A stretch of DNA of 64,000 nt from Spirochaetia bacterium. Its GTDB lineage: Bacteria; Spirochaetota; Spirochaetia; DSM-2461. The DNA lies in contig OY764216.1 of NCBI GenBank assembly GCA_963668315.1, positions 2,880,001-2,944,000 of the forward strand, in the 5' to 3' direction. A model generated the notes under the pieces. That model saw nothing but the letters and a program-made list of their open reading frames with translations, was not told the DNA's origin and ran no database searches. Positions 10,436-19,576 of this stretch are shown here, in pieces. Positions within the stretch are counted from its first letter, which is position 1, and each line of letters begins with the position of its first letter. A program made the position numbers and the translations under genes.

Positions 10436-10530
10436 TCTGCACCTCGCAATCTATAAGTGAAAAATAAGCATTTTTTAAATGATTAATAATAAGTCTATTA
10501 TTAATATATAAGATTGCAAGCATTTCCTGT

Positions 10531-11238
10531 TTATTTATAGGAAAAAAAGATATCCACGTTTATGGGTACCCATTTATCTCTGTTTTTTTCCCGAAGGAGT
10601 GAAGGGCCGTGAATCTCTCTTATCAATTTTGTAGAATCATCGATGACATAGAAGACTCTGTCGATAAAAAGATTGACGATAATATTATTTGATTTCATTT
10701 CAAGAACCGTAAAGCCTTCTTTTTCGTATTCTGACCCTTCCACTTTTCTGAAATAGAAAGACGCCGTAGTGGTGAACTCCGGAACGGGAAGGGAGAAGAA
10801 AACCTTATCGCCCTGTGCCAGGTCTTCGTATCTGTCCCTTATCAGTTGCTGCTGTGTCGGTCCGAAGAGAAGATCTTCCCTGTTGTCGATAATTTTGCTT
10901 TTCTCCTCTTCCCCCCGACGGAATGTGATCTCAATCTTGTCTCCGTCCCATTCGAGCCGTGAATACTCTCCTATCTCATAAAAGACTGTGCTATGAACCC
11001 GTTTCCCCGATTCAAGGCTTTCAAGTCTCTCTTCGGCAAACAGATTCCCGTCCATGGAATAGTATTTATGGATGAAAAGGGCAGATTCCCCGTTGATAAC
11101 CGATTCGTTTTCCAGAAGGAACAGCGGTCCTTCCCCTGCCTGCCCCTGACGGAAAACCTGGGCGGTGAAGCTGTCGGTTCCCCACAGGGTGAGCGCCTGG
11201 AAAAACAGAAGGATAAAAAGCACTTCTCCTCTTTTCAT
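10531..11238 (-). CDS. Exported hypothetical protein
   Basis: Signal-peptide-like N-terminus; 6 nt downstream of the DUF1295 gene. Confidence 0.7.
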   Translation of the reverse strand: MKRGEVLFILLFFQALTLWGTDSFTAQVFRQGQAGEGPLFLLENESVINGESALFIHKYYSMDGNLFAEERLESLESGKRVHSTVFYEIGEYSRLEWDGDKIEITFRRGEEEKSKIIDNREDLLFGPTQQQLIRDRYEDLAQGDKVFFSLPVPEFTTTASFYFRKVEGSEYEKEGFTVLEMKSNNIIVNLFIDRVFYVIDDSTKLIREIHGPSLLREKNRDKWVPINVDIFFSYK

Positions 11239-11244
11239 TGGGTG

Positions 11245-12030
11245 TCACTCCTTTTTGGGAAACCAGGGAACAAAGAGACTGGTTCTCTTTTTGTATTCCG
11301 AATAGCCGGGAATGCTTCCGTATTTTTTGTCCCCGCTTTTTTCCAGAAGGGGAATTCCGGAGACGAAAAGTAAAAGGAACATAATGAATAGCGGACTGAT
11401 GACCAGCCACAGGAAGGCCGGGCCCAGGAGGGAAAGCACCATGAAAAGAATGCCCCACCAGAGGAGTGTCTCTCCGAAGTAGTTGGGATGGCGGGAGTAT
11501 TTCCAGAGGCCTGTTTCAATCCAGCCCTTGTTATCCTTTCGTGATTTGAACCGGTATTTCTGAAAATCGCTCACCGCCTCTACGAGAAATCCCGCCAGCC
11601 AGACAAACAGGCCGCACAGAAAAAGGGCATTCACTTCCGTGCTTCCCGGTGCGGAGAGGATAACGGCCATGGGCATCATCACTATCCACACCGTTACCCC
11701 CTGGAGTACCCAGAAGATCATGAAACGGAGAAAATGATCCCTTTTATCATCAAAGCGGTTGTCCTTGCCCATGCTTAGTATACGCAGGAGCAGGTAAGTC
11801 CCCAGCCTGAGGGCCCAGACTATGACGGCGGCCGAAAGAATCACCCTGGGGAGATCGGGCCGGGGATTGGCCGTATTGAGGAGAACCGTAAGGAGAATGA
11901 AGGTAAAACTATAGGTGAAATCGGTAAATTTATCCGTCCTCAGCAGATAGGCAAAGGTAAAAAAGACCGCTTGAACCGTCATGCTTATAAGCAGGGATAA
12001 AAGGATGTTGTATATATCAAAGGGAAACAT
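11245..12030 (-). CDS. DUF1295 / steroid 5-alpha-reductase-like membrane protein
   Basis: [52 protein letters not shown]. Confidence 0.9.
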   Translation of the reverse strand: MFPFDIYNILLSLLISMTVQAVFFTFAYLLRTDKFTDFTYSFTFILLTVLLNTANPRPDLPRVILSAAVIVWALRLGTYLLLRILSMGKDNRFDDKRDHFLRFMIFWVLQGVTVWIVMMPMAVILSAPGSTEVNALFLCGLFVWLAGFLVEAVSDFQKYRFKSRKDNKGWIETGLWKYSRHPNYFGETLLWWGILFMVLSLLGPAFLWLVISPLFIMFLLLFVSGIPLLEKSGDKKYGSIPGYSEYKKRTSLFVPWFPKKE

Positions 12031-12099
12031 GCTAAAGCTCCTATCAAATCTGAATGTAGTGTAAATTTAATATAATATCCTCTCTATGTCAAATAAAAC

Positions 12100-12127
12100 T
12101 TGAATAAATATAACAATATGTTATAAT
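12100..12127 (+). promoter_or_regulatory. Sigma70 promoter of the lipocalin operon with an overlapping palindromic operator
   Basis: TTGAAT 12100-05; extended -10 TGnTATAAT 12119-27; TATAAC-AATAT-GTTATA 12109-25. Confidence 0.7.
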
Positions 12128-12182
12128 TTAAAATGTGCAATTCCAGATGAATTGACTTAGAATAGAATTAAAGGAAGGACTA

Positions 12183-12731
12183 ATGAGAAAATTACTGTTT
12201 CCGATTATGATACTGATTTATCTTGCATCCTGCGTCAGTTACAAAGGGGATCAGCCTTTTCAGCCCATAGCGGAAAGGGTGGATATAAACCGCTTTCTGG
12301 GAGACTGGTTTGTCATTGCTTTGCTGCCCACTCCTATGGAAAAGAGTATTGCCAACGGTGTGGAGAACTACAGCCTCAGGGAAAACGGAGAGATTCGCGT
12401 TACCTATACATTCAGAAAGGGTAATACTTCAGGTAAGGAAAAGGTCATGTACCAGCGCGGTTGGATTGTTGATACCCATACCAATGCGGAGTGGAGGGTT
12501 AGACCGCTCTGGCCTCTGAAGCTTCCCTATTACATTCTGGAAGTGGGGAATGATTACGCCTATACGGTTATTGGGACCAATAACTACGATTATCTCTGGA
12601 TAATGTCCCGGGAGCCCGACCTGGAACCTCTTTTATTGGAGGGGATTATCCGGCGCATGGAAGAACGGGGTTATACAATGGATGATCTTGTTTATATGGA
12701 GCAGAACTGGGAGGGACGGGATGACCAATGA
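12183..12731 (+). CDS. blc: Bacterial lipocalin (Blc family) lipoprotein
   Basis: Lipobox LASC; VDINRFLGDWFVIA, WPLKLPYYIL, DYLWIMSR. Confidence 0.9.
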   Translation: MRKLLFPIMILIYLASCVSYKGDQPFQPIAERVDINRFLGDWFVIALLPTPMEKSIANGVENYSLRENGEIRVTYTFRKGNTSGKEKVMYQRGWIVDTHTNAEWRVRPLWPLKLPYYILEVGNDYAYTVIGTNNYDYLWIMSREPDLEPLLLEGIIRRMEERGYTMDDLVYMEQNWEGRDDQ

Positions 12732-14529
12732 GATAAACGGTTTTCATCTCTATCAGGCTTTTCTGGCGGGTTATTTCGAAATGAAAAAGAACAGGGAGGA
12801 AATGAACCGGATAAATGTATTCCCCGTAAGGGACGGGGATACCGGTTCGAATATGGTCGGTACCATGAAGAATGTAGCCGCGGGGCTTAAATCCTGCCGT
12901 TCCGCCGGAAAGCTTCTTGAGCGGATGGCCGAACTCTCCCTGGAGGGGGCCCGGGGCAATTCGGGTATGATCCTTACCCAGTATCTGAACGGAATGGCAC
13001 GCCACGGGAGGGGGAAGTCCACCTTGAGTCTGTGCGAACTGGCGGATATTATCAACCTTTCCGTGGAGGACGCCTATAAAGCGGTGGACATGCCGAGGGA
13101 GGGAACCATCCTTTCCGTCATGACCGCCTGGGCGGAGAAATTCCATTCCCTCTGCGCCATGCACCGTTCTCCCCAATCCCTCATGGAAGTATCACTGGAG
13201 AGAGCGCGGGAGGCTCTGGAACATACACCGGAACAGCTTGATATCCTGAAGGATAACCGGGTGGTGGATGCGGGCGCCCTTGGATTTGTCTCCTTTCTGG
13301 AAGGGGTGGATAAACTGGGTGACACGGGGCTTGTTGACGGGAGCATGCGGAAAAAGATTCTGGCCGATTCGGATCGCAGCACCCTGTCCTATGGCCTCGA
13401 AGAGGGGCACGGCGGAAGCGGTAAGTTCACCTACCGGTACTGTACAGAGGTTCTTCTGGAGAAAAGCGAGGCCGACCGTGATGAGCTGAGAGCTCTTCTC
13501 TCCCCCCTGGGAGATTCGCTGATTGTAGCTGAAGGAAGTGAAAAGTTCCGGATACATATCCATACGGATGAGCCGGATAGAGTGGTGGATACCCTGCGCC
13601 GTCTGGGGAGGGTCATACAGCAGAAAGCGGATGACATGAAAAGGCAGGAGCAAGTCGTATCGGCCCGGGCGGGAAAGATAGCCGTCTTGACCGATTCCAT
13701 AGCCGATATCCCCCGGGAACTGATGGACCGGTATCAGATCCACAGTTTAAGTCTTTCCCTGATCTGGGATGATGAGGAGTATCTGGACCGGCTTACCATC
13801 AGGCCCGGTACCTTCTATGCCATGCAGGAAGAGAGATCCTCCTTTCCGGCCAGTTCCCTGCCCTCCGCTTCCCGGGTGGAGAACTATTTCGCCTTTCTGC
13901 TCGAACACTACGAGGGTGTCATCGTCCTGTCCGTCTCCAGGGAACTGAGCGGTACCTGGAAACAGATGTCTCTGGCGGCGGAAAAATTCAACCGTCAGGA
14001 GAAGCGCATCGCCGTGGTGGACACGAGGCTGAATTCCGTCGCCCAGGGGCTGCTGGTTGAGAGGGTGGCGAGGGCATCCGTTCAGGGGGCGGGGCTGGAG
14101 GAACTGATTCTGCTGGCCGAATCCCTGAGAAAGAGAATAAAGATTTTTGTCAGCGTGAAGACCTTCCGGTATATGGTGAAAGGAGGCCGAGTCACTCCCC
14201 TGAAGGGAGCGGCGGCCAAATTACTCAACCTCAAACCTATCATCACCCTGGATGAAGAGGGAAAGGGGAAAGCCTTCGATAAATCCTTTTCCTCAGGGGG
14301 ACTGATGAAAAAGGTAACGGCTCTGGTGAGGGACATTCAGGAGGGAAAGGGGATAGAAGAGTATGCCGTAGTCCATGCTTCCGACAGGGAAAGGGGAGAG
14401 ACTTTTTCCCGTCTTGTCAGGGAGGTAATCGGAAAGGAGCCATCCTATATCTCGGAAATATCCCCCATTGTGGGGATGCATTCCGGTAAAGGGGCGGTGG
14501 CCATAGGAATTGTCGAACGTGAGGAGTGA
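12721..14529 (+). CDS. DAK2 (FakA-like) plus DegV (FakB-like) fusion, putative fatty acid kinase
   Basis: INVFPVRDGDTGSNM, GARGNSG, EGTILSV, VVDAG, YCTE..HIHT; then DegV TDS, SSLP, LSGT, GGR, HSG. Confidence 0.88.
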   Translation: MTNEINGFHLYQAFLAGYFEMKKNREEMNRINVFPVRDGDTGSNMVGTMKNVAAGLKSCRSAGKLLERMAELSLEGARGNSGMILTQYLNGMARHGRGKSTLSLCELADIINLSVEDAYKAVDMPREGTILSVMTAWAEKFHSLCAMHRSPQSLMEVSLERAREALEHTPEQLDILKDNRVVDAGALGFVSFLEGVDKLGDTGLVDGSMRKKILADSDRSTLSYGLEEGHGGSGKFTYRYCTEVLLEKSEADRDELRALLSPLGDSLIVAEGSEKFRIHIHTDEPDRVVDTLRRLGRVIQQKADDMKRQEQVVSARAGKIAVLTDSIADIPRELMDRYQIHSLSLSLIWDDEEYLDRLTIRPGTFYAMQEERSSFPASSLPSASRVENYFAFLLEHYEGVIVLSVSRELSGTWKQMSLAAEKFNRQEKRIAVVDTRLNSVAQGLLVERVARASVQGAGLEELILLAESLRKRIKIFVSVKTFRYMVKGGRVTPLKGAAAKLLNLKPIITLDEEGKGKAFDKSFSSGGLMKKVTALVRDIQEGKGIEEYAVVHASDRERGETFSRLVREVIGKEPSYISEISPIVGMHSGKGAVAIGIVEREE

Positions 14530-14530
14530 T

Positions 14531-15955
14531 ATGGACCGGGAGAGAGTCTTCTCCCTCAACCGGATTGCCGAGGAGGGCCCGGGGGATATTTACTATTGGA
14601 TGACCCGTGAGCAGCGGCTTGAGGACAACTGGGCCCTGAATTATGCCTGCCGCTGGGCGGATCTGAAAAAACGCTCCCTGAAAATCCTGTTTTTCCTGCC
14701 CCCCCGGCGGGAGGGATTCGCCGTGAAGTCCTACGATTTCATGGTTAGGGGACTGGTAAGATTGAAAGAGGAAGCCCTTCAGAAGGGATTTACCCTGTAT
14801 ATACTGCATCGTTGTGATCCGGAAGATCTCTTCAGGGAGAGGGCCGGAAGGGGAATGCTGGGAGGACTGGTCTGTGATTTCTATCCTCTGAAGGAATTCC
14901 GCGAGAAGAGGGAGAGGATCGCAGGGATATTGGATATCCCCGTACGGGAAGTGGACGGGCACAATATTGTCCCCTGCCGTTATCTATCGGATAAGCAGGA
15001 GTTCGCCGCCTATACGATCAGAAATAAAATCGCCCCCCTCCTGACGGGGTTTCTGAAAGAGATCCCCCCTCCGCAGTTTCCGGGATCTGCTGTTGCCCGG
15101 TCAGCCGATGAGGGAATGGAGACCTACTCTCCCTTCATTATGAGAACGGAGAATCTGGAGAGGCTGATTTCTTCCAAACCGATATATCCGGGCGAACCGG
15201 GCTACGGGGGAGGAATGGAGAGGCTCTACCATTTTCTGCAAAAGAAGTGGGACCTTTACGGAACGGAGCGGAATAATCCGGTAAAAGAGGCTCTTTCCGG
15301 GCTCTCCCCCTATCTTCATTTCGGTCAGATCTCCCCGCAGACCGCCGCCTTCGAGGCTGCCCGTCTGGGAGGGATCACCACGCTGAAAGGCGGCTTTCTT
15401 GACGAGATAATCGTCAGGAGGGAGCTGAGTGACAACTTCTGTTTTCATAACGCCCGCTATGACAGGGAGGAGGGATTTCCCGACTGGGCCCGGCAGACCT
15501 TGGCCAAGCATGAAGGCGATCCCAGGCCTTATCTATACAATCTCGAAGAACTGGAAGAAGGGGTCACCCATGATGATCTCTGGAACGCGGCCCAAAAGCA
15601 GATGGTTGATACGGGGAAGATGCACGGCTATATGCGTATGTACTGGGCTAAGAAAATACTGGAATGGAGCCCTTCGGCGGGAACCGCCATGGAACGGGCC
15701 GTCTATCTTAATGATAAATACTCCCTTGACGGGGAGGACCCCAACGGCTATGCCGGCTGCGCCTGGGCCATCGGGGGGCTTCATGACAGGGCCTGGCAGG
15801 AGCGGCCCGTTTTCGGGAAAATCCGCTATATGAATGAGGCGGGATGCCGGAGGAAGTTTCCGGTGAAAGACTATATAAGGGAGAATCTGGGTCATGGAAA
15901 AGAAGATACGCATAGGTATAAGCAGCTGTCTCTTGGGGAATCGGGTGCGCTATGA
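14531..15955 (+). CDS. phrB: Class II CPD DNA photolyase
   Basis: YWMTREQRLEDNWAL, VDGHNIVP, LSPYLHFGQIS, RRELSDNF, GKMHGYMRMYWAKKILEW, HDRAW, FGKIRYMN. Confidence 0.95.
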   Translation: MDRERVFSLNRIAEEGPGDIYYWMTREQRLEDNWALNYACRWADLKKRSLKILFFLPPRREGFAVKSYDFMVRGLVRLKEEALQKGFTLYILHRCDPEDLFRERAGRGMLGGLVCDFYPLKEFREKRERIAGILDIPVREVDGHNIVPCRYLSDKQEFAAYTIRNKIAPLLTGFLKEIPPPQFPGSAVARSADEGMETYSPFIMRTENLERLISSKPIYPGEPGYGGGMERLYHFLQKKWDLYGTERNNPVKEALSGLSPYLHFGQISPQTAAFEAARLGGITTLKGGFLDEIIVRRELSDNFCFHNARYDREEGFPDWARQTLAKHEGDPRPYLYNLEELEEGVTHDDLWNAAQKQMVDTGKMHGYMRMYWAKKILEWSPSAGTAMERAVYLNDKYSLDGEDPNGYAGCAWAIGGLHDRAWQERPVFGKIRYMNEAGCRRKFPVKDYIRENLGHGKEDTHRYKQLSLGESGAL

Positions 15956-16844
15956 CGGGCAGCACAAAAAAGATCCCTTTCTGACGGACGTTCTGGGGCA
16001 ATGGTGTGAATTCGTACCGGTCTGCCCCGAGGTGGAGTGCGGCCTGTCCATTCCCCGTGAGGCAATGCGTCTCGTAGGCAGCAGGGAGAAGCCGAGGCTG
16101 GTCACCTGGAAGAGCGGCGTCGATCATACGGAACGAATGGAGACGTGGTGCCGTGAGAAATGTGAATCCCTGGCTTCTGAGGATTTGGCAGCCTTTATCT
16201 TCAAGACGAAGAGTCCCTCAAGCGGATTGGGCCGGGTCAAGGTCTATAACGGGAAAGGAGACGTCATCCATAGGGACGGCCAGGGAATCTTCGCCCGGAT
16301 ATTTACAGAGACATTCCCCGATCTTCCCGTGGAGGACGAGGGGAGGCTGAACGATCCGGGCATAAGGGAGAACTTTGTGGAGACCCTCTTTGTTCTCCAG
16401 CGCTGGCGGGAGGCTCTGGCTGAGGGCACGGCCGGGGCGGTGGTGGAGTTTCACAGCCGCCATAAGTACACCTTTATGGCAAGAAATCAGAAAATCCTCA
16501 GGCAGATGGGACCGGTCATGTCCAATCTGGGGTGGGATAATTTCGCAAAGGCGAAGGAGAGCTATTACCGACTGCTTCTGGAAATCCTAAAAAGTGAAAA
16601 GGACAGAAAAAACAACTATAATGTTCTGCTCCATATGGCAGGATACTTCCGGGAGAATCTGGATCCGGAGGAGAGAAAAGAGCTGGGGCGGATTATAGAG
16701 GATTACGGCAAGGGATGGCTTCCCCTGCTTGTTCCCCTGACTCTCATCAGGCATTTCAGCCGTAAGTACGGGAGGGAGTATCTGATGGGGCAGCATTTCC
16801 TCAATCCCCATCCTCTGGAGATGAAGCTGCTCTATCCGGTTTGA
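15894..16844 (+). CDS. DUF523 (TudS-like) plus DUF1722 (YbgA) protein
   Basis: GISSCLLGNRVRYDG, VCPEVECG, KSPSSG, EDEGRLND, FHSRHKY, NVLLHMAGYF. Confidence 0.92.
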   Translation: MEKKIRIGISSCLLGNRVRYDGQHKKDPFLTDVLGQWCEFVPVCPEVECGLSIPREAMRLVGSREKPRLVTWKSGVDHTERMETWCREKCESLASEDLAAFIFKTKSPSSGLGRVKVYNGKGDVIHRDGQGIFARIFTETFPDLPVEDEGRLNDPGIRENFVETLFVLQRWREALAEGTAGAVVEFHSRHKYTFMARNQKILRQMGPVMSNLGWDNFAKAKESYYRLLLEILKSEKDRKNNYNVLLHMAGYFRENLDPEERKELGRIIEDYGKGWLPLLVPLTLIRHFSRKYGREYLMGQHFLNPHPLEMKLLYPV

Positions 16845-17460
16845 CCCTTTTCCATGTCTTCTCCTCCCCCCTGATTATCCGGCGGATATTGGAGCGGTGC
16901 AAGAAAAGGATGAGGAGGAAAAGGAGAGAGAGAAAAAATTCGGTCAGAAGAAAATCCTCCCGGGAGGTTATCAGATGGGCAGTAAGGTAGTAGAGAGGCA
17001 GAGTCATTCCGGCAAGGAGAGAGCCTAATGACGCGTAGCCGCTTATCAGGACTGCCAGAAGAAAGGCCGCGAGGCAGAAAGGGACCGCTCCGGGGATAAG
17101 GGCGCTGATTCCACCGGCCGTGACGGCCACACCCTTTCCTCCCTTAAATCGGGTCCAGGGGGGGAAGGAGTGTCCCAGCATGAGAAATATGATCATGACA
17201 AGAGTAAGGAGACGGGGCTCGTTCCAGCGGACGGCGGTCAGGATAGGAAGAAAACCTTTGGCAAAATCAAGGAGAAGCACAGCCCCGCCGGGCAGCTTTC
17301 CGAAATTCCGGTAGACGTTCGTCGCTCCTCCGTTTCCGCTTCCCAGGGTGTAGATGTTTTTTCCGAAGAAAATTTTCACCACGAGGAAAGCCGAAGGGAG
17401 TGAGCCGCACAGGAAGGACGCGGCCGGTAAAATCGTATAGGACAGGAATTCGGGAAACAT
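16801..17460 (-). CDS. plsY: Acyl-phosphate:glycerol-3-phosphate acyltransferase
   Basis: GSGNGGATNVYR, LLDFAKG, LGHSFP, FKGGKGVA, HRSNIRRI. Confidence 0.93.
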   Translation of the reverse strand: MFPEFLSYTILPAASFLCGSLPSAFLVVKIFFGKNIYTLGSGNGGATNVYRNFGKLPGGAVLLLDFAKGFLPILTAVRWNEPRLLTLVMIIFLMLGHSFPPWTRFKGGKGVAVTAGGISALIPGAVPFCLAAFLLAVLISGYASLGSLLAGMTLPLYYLTAHLITSREDFLLTEFFLSLLFLLILFLHRSNIRRIIRGEEKTWKRVKPDRAASSPEDGD

Positions 17461-17554
17461 GGCGAACCTCCGTTTGTATCAGTATAGCCCATGAACGGCT
17501 AAGGGGCGAGAATTCTTTCTTATCTCCTTGGCTGAGAACTTATGAAACTTTTTA

Positions 17555-17584
17555 TTGACGAGGAATATAACAAAGAGTTATATT
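17555..17584 (+). promoter_or_regulatory. Promoter of the regulator gene with a second copy of the operator palindrome
   Basis: TTGACG 17555-60; TATATT 17579-84; ATATAAC-AAAGA-GTTATAT 17565-83. Confidence 0.7.
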
Positions 17585-17590
17585 TTATTT

Positions 17591-18463
17591 GTGGATAGAA
17601 AACAGTTCGGAGAGAAAATCCGTTATTTTCGAAAGCAGAAGGGGCTGACACAGGGACAGCTTGCCGAGATGATCGGCGTTTCCCAGGTGACGATTGCCCA
17701 TTATGAGAGGGGAAACAGGTTTCCCAAGGGGACAAAACTGGCCCTGCTGGCATCGGTTCTGAATGTGTCAGTCGATTCCCTGATGGGCCTTGAGGTAAAG
17801 GAAGAGGCGGAAAGCCAGGGCCTTTATTCCATTGATGAGCTGATAGAGCTCCTCCACTCCGATTCGATGGAACGAAGCTGGGTTTACCTGAGACACTGGC
17901 AGCTGTCGAGGAAATACGACAGCATGGGGGTTTTCCGGGATATTCTCATTCCCCTCCTTGAGCGGGTGGGCGACCTCTGGCAGGAGAAAAAGATATACAT
18001 CTCCCAGGAGCATATCATTACCGATAAGGTCAAGCTGCTTATAGACAGGCTGGTAAGGGAGGAGATGGAGGAAAAGCATATTCTTCCCGACAGGGAGAGA
18101 AAATGGATGGGACTGTGTGCTCCCGGTGAGCAGCATGAGCTTGTGCTTTTCATGATAAGCCAGCTTATGAGACTGAGCGGCTGGGATGTCAATTATCTGG
18201 GAAAGGATATACCGCTGAACGATTTGAAGAAGATGGTCAGGCGTTACAAACCGGATATCCTGGTTTTTTCCATTACCATGAAAAACCATGGTAAGATACT
18301 GAAAGAGTATCTGGAGGGACTGTCGGTGTTCTTGAAGAGGTCACGCATTATTGTAGGGGGACGAGGCTGGATCGGCGGTACCGGAGAAGGACCTTCTGCC
18401 GAGGCGGAATATGTCGATAGCCTGGATCAATACTTTTCTCTGATAGGGGAAGGAAAGAAATAG
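17591..18463 (+). CDS. XRE-HTH plus cobalamin-binding (CarH/LitR-like) transcriptional regulator
   Basis: XRE HTH (LTQGQLAEMIGVSQVTIAHYERGNRFP); W-x9-EH (WQEKKIYISQEH); GEQHEL, GWDVNYLG, SIT, VGG; GTG start inferred. Confidence 0.88.
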   Translation: MDRKQFGEKIRYFRKQKGLTQGQLAEMIGVSQVTIAHYERGNRFPKGTKLALLASVLNVSVDSLMGLEVKEEAESQGLYSIDELIELLHSDSMERSWVYLRHWQLSRKYDSMGVFRDILIPLLERVGDLWQEKKIYISQEHIITDKVKLLIDRLVREEMEEKHILPDRERKWMGLCAPGEQHELVLFMISQLMRLSGWDVNYLGKDIPLNDLKKMVRRYKPDILVFSITMKNHGKILKEYLEGLSVFLKRSRIIVGGRGWIGGTGEGPSAEAEYVDSLDQYFSLIGEGKK

Positions 18464-18472
18464 GAGTTTATT

Positions 18473-19567
18473 ATGAATCTACCGGGGAAGTTGTACATAC
18501 CAATAGTATGTGTCTTGCTGACGGGAATGTTTGTTTCCTGCGGGGAGGAGTCCGACCAGGTGACCAGCGCCAGTTATCACGGGGACGGTACAGAAGAACC
18601 CCGGCCGGTGGAAGCCGTAGAGCTTCATAGGGATAAGCTGATAAAGCGGGTTAGCGGATCGGGTATCATCCGGGGACGTGACGAGGTGTGGAGTACCTCG
18701 GAGACCCAGGGGACGATTGTGGAAGTCTATGTCTCCCCGGGCGATTATGTCAGCAAAGGGGATCCCCTTATTAAAGTGGAGGACAACCTGGCTTACTGGG
18801 AGATGAAAAGGGCGGAACAGCAGTTTAAAACCTCCGATTTCGAGTACCGGGGCAAAAAGAACTCCTTTGAGAACGGCGCCGTATCGGAAATCGAATACAA
18901 CCGGTCCTATGCTTCCTGGTTTTCCAGCCGGGCCGCCTATGAAACCGCTCTGCAGGCCTATGAAAACTGCACTCTCCGTGCTCCTATCTCCGGCCATGTC
19001 TCCCAGATGGATACGACGCTGACGGCGGGGAACATTCTGAACCGGGGGACTCCGGTCATGAAGATCATCAATACCGATGAGTTTCTCCTCAATATAGCCC
19101 TGGGACAGAGGGAAGTCGGCCTGGTCACCCTGGATTCTCCTGTCGCTGTCACTATTGAGCTGGCGGATACGGTTCTGCGGGCCGAAGGAAGGGTTCTGGA
19201 CATCTCCACCGGAAGCGACGGGGAAACGGGCAGTTTTCCCTTAAGGGTCGTCTGGAAAAACGAGTGGGACAGCCTGGTCAGACCGGGAATGACCGCCCGG
19301 GTGGAACTGCAGGCCGAAAGGGGGGAGGAAGGCATAATCATCCCCTATGACAGCATTCTGGAGAGGGACGGTAAGAAATGGGTTTTCGTCGCCCTTGCGG
19401 AAGATAATGGGGTAAAAGCCTATCCCCGGGAGATACAGCCGGGCAGCAGGCTGGGAAACAGGATACGCATTGATGAAGGCCTGGAAGAGGGGGAATCCCT
19501 TATCATTTCGGCTCTGACGACCCTCTACCCGGGGGCTCCCGTTGAGCTGAGCTACCTGAACGAGTAG
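18473..19567 (+). CDS. RND efflux periplasmic adaptor (MFP) lipoprotein
   Basis: Lipobox FVSC; VSPGDYVSKGDPL, LRAPISG, RPGMTARV, GLEEGE. Confidence 0.92.
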   Translation: MNLPGKLYIPIVCVLLTGMFVSCGEESDQVTSASYHGDGTEEPRPVEAVELHRDKLIKRVSGSGIIRGRDEVWSTSETQGTIVEVYVSPGDYVSKGDPLIKVEDNLAYWEMKRAEQQFKTSDFEYRGKKNSFENGAVSEIEYNRSYASWFSSRAAYETALQAYENCTLRAPISGHVSQMDTTLTAGNILNRGTPVMKIINTDEFLLNIALGQREVGLVTLDSPVAVTIELADTVLRAEGRVLDISTGSDGETGSFPLRVVWKNEWDSLVRPGMTARVELQAERGEEGIIIPYDSILERDGKKWVFVALAEDNGVKAYPREIQPGSRLGNRIRIDEGLEEGESLIISALTTLYPGAPVELSYLNE

Positions 19568-19576
19568 GACACGCAT

